A stretch of 33,750 bases of DNA from Christensenellales bacterium (GTDB lineage: Bacteria; Bacillota; Clostridia; Christensenellales; UBA1242). The stretch is from the NCBI GenBank assembly GCA_051889215.1, contig JBJFDC010000042.1, positions 1 to 33,750 on the forward strand, given 5' to 3'. The translations under genes and the position numbers were made by a program. A model generated the notes under the pieces. It made no database searches. It was not told the origin of the DNA and saw only the letters and a program-made list of their open reading frames with translations. This document shows, piece after piece, positions 29,723-33,750 of the stretch (position 1 is its first letter; every line of letters begins with the position of its first letter).

Positions 29723-30247
29723 ATGAAAATTGAAATTGTTGAAAGAAATTATGATGTCGGGAAAAGACTTCAAAGTTTGATTGAGAAAAAACTAAAAAAA
29801 CTTGAAAGATATTTTCCAGATGATGCAAAAGCGACAGTCGTTTGCCGTCAAGAAAAGAAAAATTATATTATGGAAATCAGCATAACAAACAAAAATGGTT
29901 TCTATCGCAGTGAGGTGACAGGGGAAAATATGTTTGAAAATCTTGACATGGCACTTCCAAAAGTCGAAAAACAAATCATTCGTGCCAACCAAAAGAGACA
30001 AAGCTTCAAGACGCAAATTGAAGAGCCAATTCTTGAATTTTTGCAAGAACTTCCAACTTTTGAAGACAAACATATTGCAAAGAAAAAAATGGTTCACCTT
30101 GACCCACTTGATGTTGAAGATGCAAAATATATGCTTGAAGCAACAGACCATGATTTCTATGCATTCTTGAATCGTGAGTCGGGGAAAGTCAACATTGTTT
30201 ATAACAGAAGAGACGGAGATGTTGGACTTATTGAACTTCAATACTAA
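29723..30247 (+). CDS. hpf: Long ribosome hibernation promoting factor
   Basis: S30AE N-terminal domain plus C-terminal 'VNIVYNRRDGDVGLIE'. Confidence 0.92.
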   Translation: MKIEIVERNYDVGKRLQSLIEKKLKKLERYFPDDAKATVVCRQEKKNYIMEISITNKNGFYRSEVTGENMFENLDMALPKVEKQIIRANQKRQSFKTQIEEPILEFLQELPTFEDKHIAKKKMVHLDPLDVEDAKYMLEATDHDFYAFLNRESGKVNIVYNRRDGDVGLIELQY

Positions 30248-30251
30248 AAAC

Positions 30252-30284
30252 AAAAAGAGTTTAACAAATGTTAGACTCTTTTTT
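30252..30284 (+). terminator. Terminator after hpf
   Basis: AGAGTTTAAC/GTTAGACTCT stem with T-tract. Confidence 0.8.
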
Positions 30285-30352
30285 GTTTCAAACACTTTTG
30301 TTTGATGTGTTATGTGTTCACACATGAAGAATAAAAATTATTTATATAAAAC

Positions 30353-30383
30353 AAAATGCTTTTCAAAACGAAAAGCATTTTTT
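30353..30383. terminator. Terminator downstream of the glycosyltransferase
   Basis: AAAATGCTTTT/AAAAGCATTTT inverted repeat. Confidence 0.65.
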
Positions 30384-30385
30384 AT

Positions 30386-31528
30386 TTATTTTGTTAAGAC
30401 TTTGCAATATTCTGTCAGATATTCCTCGGCTGTGGTGTCCCAGTCTTTTGGAATTGTTTTTTCTGCTTCGTCACCAATTTGTTTGAGATGTGGTTTGTCT
30501 GAAATCACTTCCATAATTTTATTCGCAAATTCTTGAACATTATTTTCAACAACAAAACCCGAAACATTGTTTGTGATTCTTTCACTGCTTCCAGTGTTTT
30601 TGATTGTGATTGCTGGCACATGGTGCAAGGCGGCTTCAACAATGGTTAGGGGATCGTTGTCAAATATTGACGGGAACAAAAAAAGTTCTCCTGCGCCATA
30701 GAGCGAACTCAACAAATCTTTATCCGTTATTTGCCCAGTGAAAATCACGTTTTCGTGAAGTCCTAATTTTTTGCAAAGATTTTTGAAATAATCATCGTCA
30801 AATCCGTGTCCAACAAACAGCATCTTGAAATTTATTCCTCGGTCTTTCAAAATTTTTAGCGCATTGATTGTAAATTCCAGATTTTTGAATTTGACAATAT
30901 GTCCAACATAGAGAAAGATGTTTTCTTCTTCTGAAAGGTTATATTTTTTGATTGCAAGTTTTTTGACATCTTCAAGATTGTTTATTCTGTTAAAAGTTGC
31001 TCCATTTCGAATAACCTTGACTTCTCCGTGATATCCATAGCTTTTTAATTCGTCAATCATGTCGTTTGAGACAGTGTAAACTTGTTTGACTTTATTGAGC
31101 TTTTTTACCAGATTTTTAATCAATGCATTGACGATTACTTTGGATTTTATGCTCCTTTCAAATGCTGTTTTGAATTTTGTGTGCACAGTCATAACAACAG
31201 GGATATTGTGTTTTTTTGCATAATGTATGGCAAACCTCGCCATCGGAGACACAGATTGACAATGAATGATTTCGGGGTTGAACTCATTGAGTGCCTTCTT
31301 GAATTTGTGCGAAGTGAATGGAAAAGCGAAATAATCATTATTTGTGATTTTTATGCTATTCGCCCTCAAGACTTGAAAACCAAAGTCGTCCTTATATTTT
31401 CGTGAATTATATGGTGCACAGACGACAACCTTATTATTTTCCGAGAGTGCGTTTGCCAATCCCAAAACAGCTTTTTCAGTTCCTCCAACTCCCGGCAAAA
31501 AACTATCAGTAAATATTGCGATTTTCAT
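30386..31528 (-). CDS. GT4-family glycosyltransferase (diacylglycerol glucosyltransferase-like)
   Basis: MKIAIFTDSFLPGVGG, TVHT, YVG...KN and FLFPS..D...L.IVEA motifs. Confidence 0.9.
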   Translation of the reverse strand: MKIAIFTDSFLPGVGGTEKAVLGLANALSENNKVVVCAPYNSRKYKDDFGFQVLRANSIKITNNDYFAFPFTSHKFKKALNEFNPEIIHCQSVSPMARFAIHYAKKHNIPVVMTVHTKFKTAFERSIKSKVIVNALIKNLVKKLNKVKQVYTVSNDMIDELKSYGYHGEVKVIRNGATFNRINNLEDVKKLAIKKYNLSEEENIFLYVGHIVKFKNLEFTINALKILKDRGINFKMLFVGHGFDDDYFKNLCKKLGLHENVIFTGQITDKDLLSSLYGAGELFLFPSIFDNDPLTIVEAALHHVPAITIKNTGSSERITNNVSGFVVENNVQEFANKIMEVISDKPHLKQIGDEAEKTIPKDWDTTAEEYLTEYCKVLTK

Positions 31529-31706
31529 AAATACTCCTTGTTATATGTGGTTGTCAACAACTTGCCTAGGTGACAACATTAATTTTTCACGAGCAGTATA
31601 ACACTAAACCTGCAAAATTCCAACAACTTTTACAAGTCAAACAAAACTCTTCAAAACGGTGTCCTTCAATGCTTTTGCATTAATATGATTCAAATAATTT
31701 TTGCGT

Positions 31707-32885
31707 TTATTCCACAATGATAGTGAAGATTTGAGAAATATTTTGGTCTTCTTGGGCGTAGAGGCGGAAAGTTGTTGTTCCTTTGGATAGAATATTTAGT
31801 CCAATCAAAGAAGTCTCAATTTCGATTTCAACATTGTTTCCGGAAATAATCTCAAATTTGATGCTATACTTTTTGTCGCTGTTTGGAATTGTGAAAGAAA
31901 TCGCAACAAGTTTTTCACTCACGAAATCCGAAAATCGAATTGTTGAATCGCTGATGTCAATGTTCTTGCTTGAACTTGAAAGTGTAAAAATATTTGTTTT
32001 TTCAACATTTGTTTCGTCCGTGTTTTCGTCAACATCTTTGTCAGAGGTGTCATCATTTTCCTCATTCGTTGTCTCATCGATTGGCTGGTCATCGTTTTGT
32101 GGTTGCATAGTGTCGGGAGGACTATCAGGTTCGTCTTCATTCTGATTTATTTGTTCAATCTCTTCGTCTTGGTCATCAGTTTTGTCGGAGTTGTCAAAAA
32201 TGATTTCGTCGGACAAATATGTCTTTTCAAGGTTGTCCGCTTTTAGATCGAGTTTAAATCTCAATGTGTGCTGCGTTTTTGTTTCAAAGTAAATTTCGCA
32301 AGTGCAATTTGTGTTTGAAACAACCTTGTTGTCAATCACAACCGAGTCAGTTGCAAGCATGCTGACTGAAAAATATCCGAGGTCCACATTGCTTTCCATC
32401 TTCAGGGTGTATTTTTCGCCGAGCAGGGGAGAGAGGACTGGTTGACCTTCTTCATCAACGAGCGAAATGTTTGTTTCAATTTCATTTGGGAGAATAACGA
32501 CTTTTGTTGAGTAAGAATATTCTTTGTCGTCATATGCCACAAAACTTTTTATGATTGTTTCTCCAGCGCCAAGCGCTTTGACATTACCCAAAGAATCAAC
32601 TTCGGCAATGCTTGAATTGAGAGAAGTGTATTCCAAATCATAATCGTTCAAATTGCATACTTTTGCACAGACATTTGCAGTGTTTTCACAATTTGAAAGA
32701 ACCAATTTTTCTTTCGCAACAACATATGGTTCTTCAATTTCAGAATAGGGTGCAATTTGATTTTGGTTGGTATCATATTCGGTGTCAATATTGTTGTTGT
32801 CGCGCTTGTTTAATGTGAAATATATGCCAATCCCACCACCAATCAAAAACACCAGAACAACAGCCAATATGATACCTTTTTTCAT
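31707..32885 (-). CDS. N-terminally anchored surface protein with Big_2 Ig-like domain and acidic linker
   Basis: MKKGIILAVV TM segment; YTSLNSSIAEVDSLGNVKALGAGETII; D/E/N-rich linker. Start could be 32885 or 32903. Confidence 0.8.
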   Translation of the reverse strand: MKKGIILAVVLVFLIGGGIGIYFTLNKRDNNNIDTEYDTNQNQIAPYSEIEEPYVVAKEKLVLSNCENTANVCAKVCNLNDYDLEYTSLNSSIAEVDSLGNVKALGAGETIIKSFVAYDDKEYSYSTKVVILPNEIETNISLVDEEGQPVLSPLLGEKYTLKMESNVDLGYFSVSMLATDSVVIDNKVVSNTNCTCEIYFETKTQHTLRFKLDLKADNLEKTYLSDEIIFDNSDKTDDQDEEIEQINQNEDEPDSPPDTMQPQNDDQPIDETTNEENDDTSDKDVDENTDETNVEKTNIFTLSSSSKNIDISDSTIRFSDFVSEKLVAISFTIPNSDKKYSIKFEIISGNNVEIEIETSLIGLNILSKGTTTFRLYAQEDQNISQIFTIIVE

Positions 32886-33068
32886 ATTCAAAAAATTTAC
32901 CATTTTTCGACATCATTTTCAACCCCTTTTATCAAATTTTTCAAAATTTGGTCATAATTTCATGGAAAAGTTTTTTAAATCCATGAAAAACATACTTTTG
33001 CATGTGGTTTTTTATATCTTATTGGTTATTATGACATGAGAAATAAGAATCAAAAAGTTCTCTTTTCC

Positions 33069-33662
33069 TCATTCATGAATAATCCTTAAATATTTATAAA
33101 AAGTTGATTTATTCATCTTTAGAATTTGTAAAGATTCAGACAATGAAATATGTTTTGTTTTATATTCTGAGATAATTTCATAAAAATTTGTAGGAAGTGA
33201 ATACTTCGGGCGTCCCAAATGTTTTCCTTTTTCTTTGGCGAGCCGGATTCCTTCGGCTTGTCTTTTTTTTATGTTTTCTCTTTCATTTTCAGCAACAAAA
33301 GATAATATTTGCAAAACAATGTCGCTAATGAATTTGCCTACAAGATTTTTACCTTCTGTCCTTGTGTCAAGCAAAGGCATATCCAAAACAACAATATCAA
33401 CATTCAAATGATTCACAATGTCTTTCCATTCTTCAATAATCATGTCGTAGTTTCTGCCAAGTCTATCAATGCTTTTTATAATCAATAAGTCGCCATATTT
33501 TAAAATGGATTTCATTTTCTGGTAGTTTGTCCTATCAAAATCCTTGCCACTTTGCTTGTCAATAAAAATTTGGTTGTCACTCAAACCATTTTTATACATT
33601 TCTGCCATTTGCCTGTCAATGTTTTGGTCTCTTGTTGAAACCCTTACATAACCATAATTCAT
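33069..33662 (-). CDS. Small serine recombinase (resolvase/invertase family) with C-terminal HTH
   Basis: YGYVRVST, DKQSGK, SIDRLGR, AENERENI and GRP + HTH. Confidence 0.95.
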   Translation of the reverse strand: MNYGYVRVSTRDQNIDRQMAEMYKNGLSDNQIFIDKQSGKDFDRTNYQKMKSILKYGDLLIIKSIDRLGRNYDMIIEEWKDIVNHLNVDIVVLDMPLLDTRTEGKNLVGKFISDIVLQILSFVAENERENIKKRQAEGIRLAKEKGKHLGRPKYSLPTNFYEIISEYKTKHISLSESLQILKMNKSTFYKYLRIIHE

Positions 33663-33750
33663 AACATCACCCCTTAAAGATTATATCAAAATAAAAAAGC
33701 CCCACTTGTTTTTGGCGGAGGTTTTTTTGTTCTAAAAGGTGTACCTTTGT

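Noticed and set aside
32885-32930. Homopolymer (T6) phase-variable frameshift: an AGGGG-led ATG at 32916/32913 is out of frame with the Ig-protein gene
   Set aside because: The run is short and the same bases fit a sigma-A promoter with a near-leaderless start at 32885. Read-level length variation would revive the idea.

Overview
AT-rich chromosomal window from a spore-forming, probably genome-reduced Firmicute (Clostridia-like; inferred from gene content). It is mostly housekeeping: tRNA-Lys(UUU), tsaE-tsaB-rimI, alpha/beta-hydrolase-murF-ddl, glmS, yigZ-recX, lysS, acpS-antitoxin-mazF(ndoA), yqeY-phosphoesterase-TM2-mnmA, dinB, tex, ndk, mcsA-mcsB-clpC and hpf. It ends in a possibly accessory block: a GT4 glycosyltransferase, an Ig-domain surface protein and a serine resolvase/invertase. 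I saw no CRISPR array, rRNA, prophage or intact transposase. The most interesting signals are: (1) a ~280-nt leader with mutually exclusive hairpins in front of a SipW-class (TasA/CalY-like) fibre gene; (2) a duplicated tRNA 3' end followed by a cluster of TGTC-tagged palindromic repeats; (3) a LexA-type SOS box on the promoter of a WYL-less HTH gene coupled to a membrane-anchored MurF module; (4) an unannotated 49-aa exported or membrane peptide with its own promoter and operator; (5) four apparently leaderless genes with identical -10-to-ATG spacing; (6) several stripped-down proteins (MazF partner without RHH, amidohydrolase without metal ligands, mini-McsA without ctsR); and (7) a candidate ADP-ribosyltransferase-fold orphan. 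All calls come from reading motifs by eye; no database searches were run.
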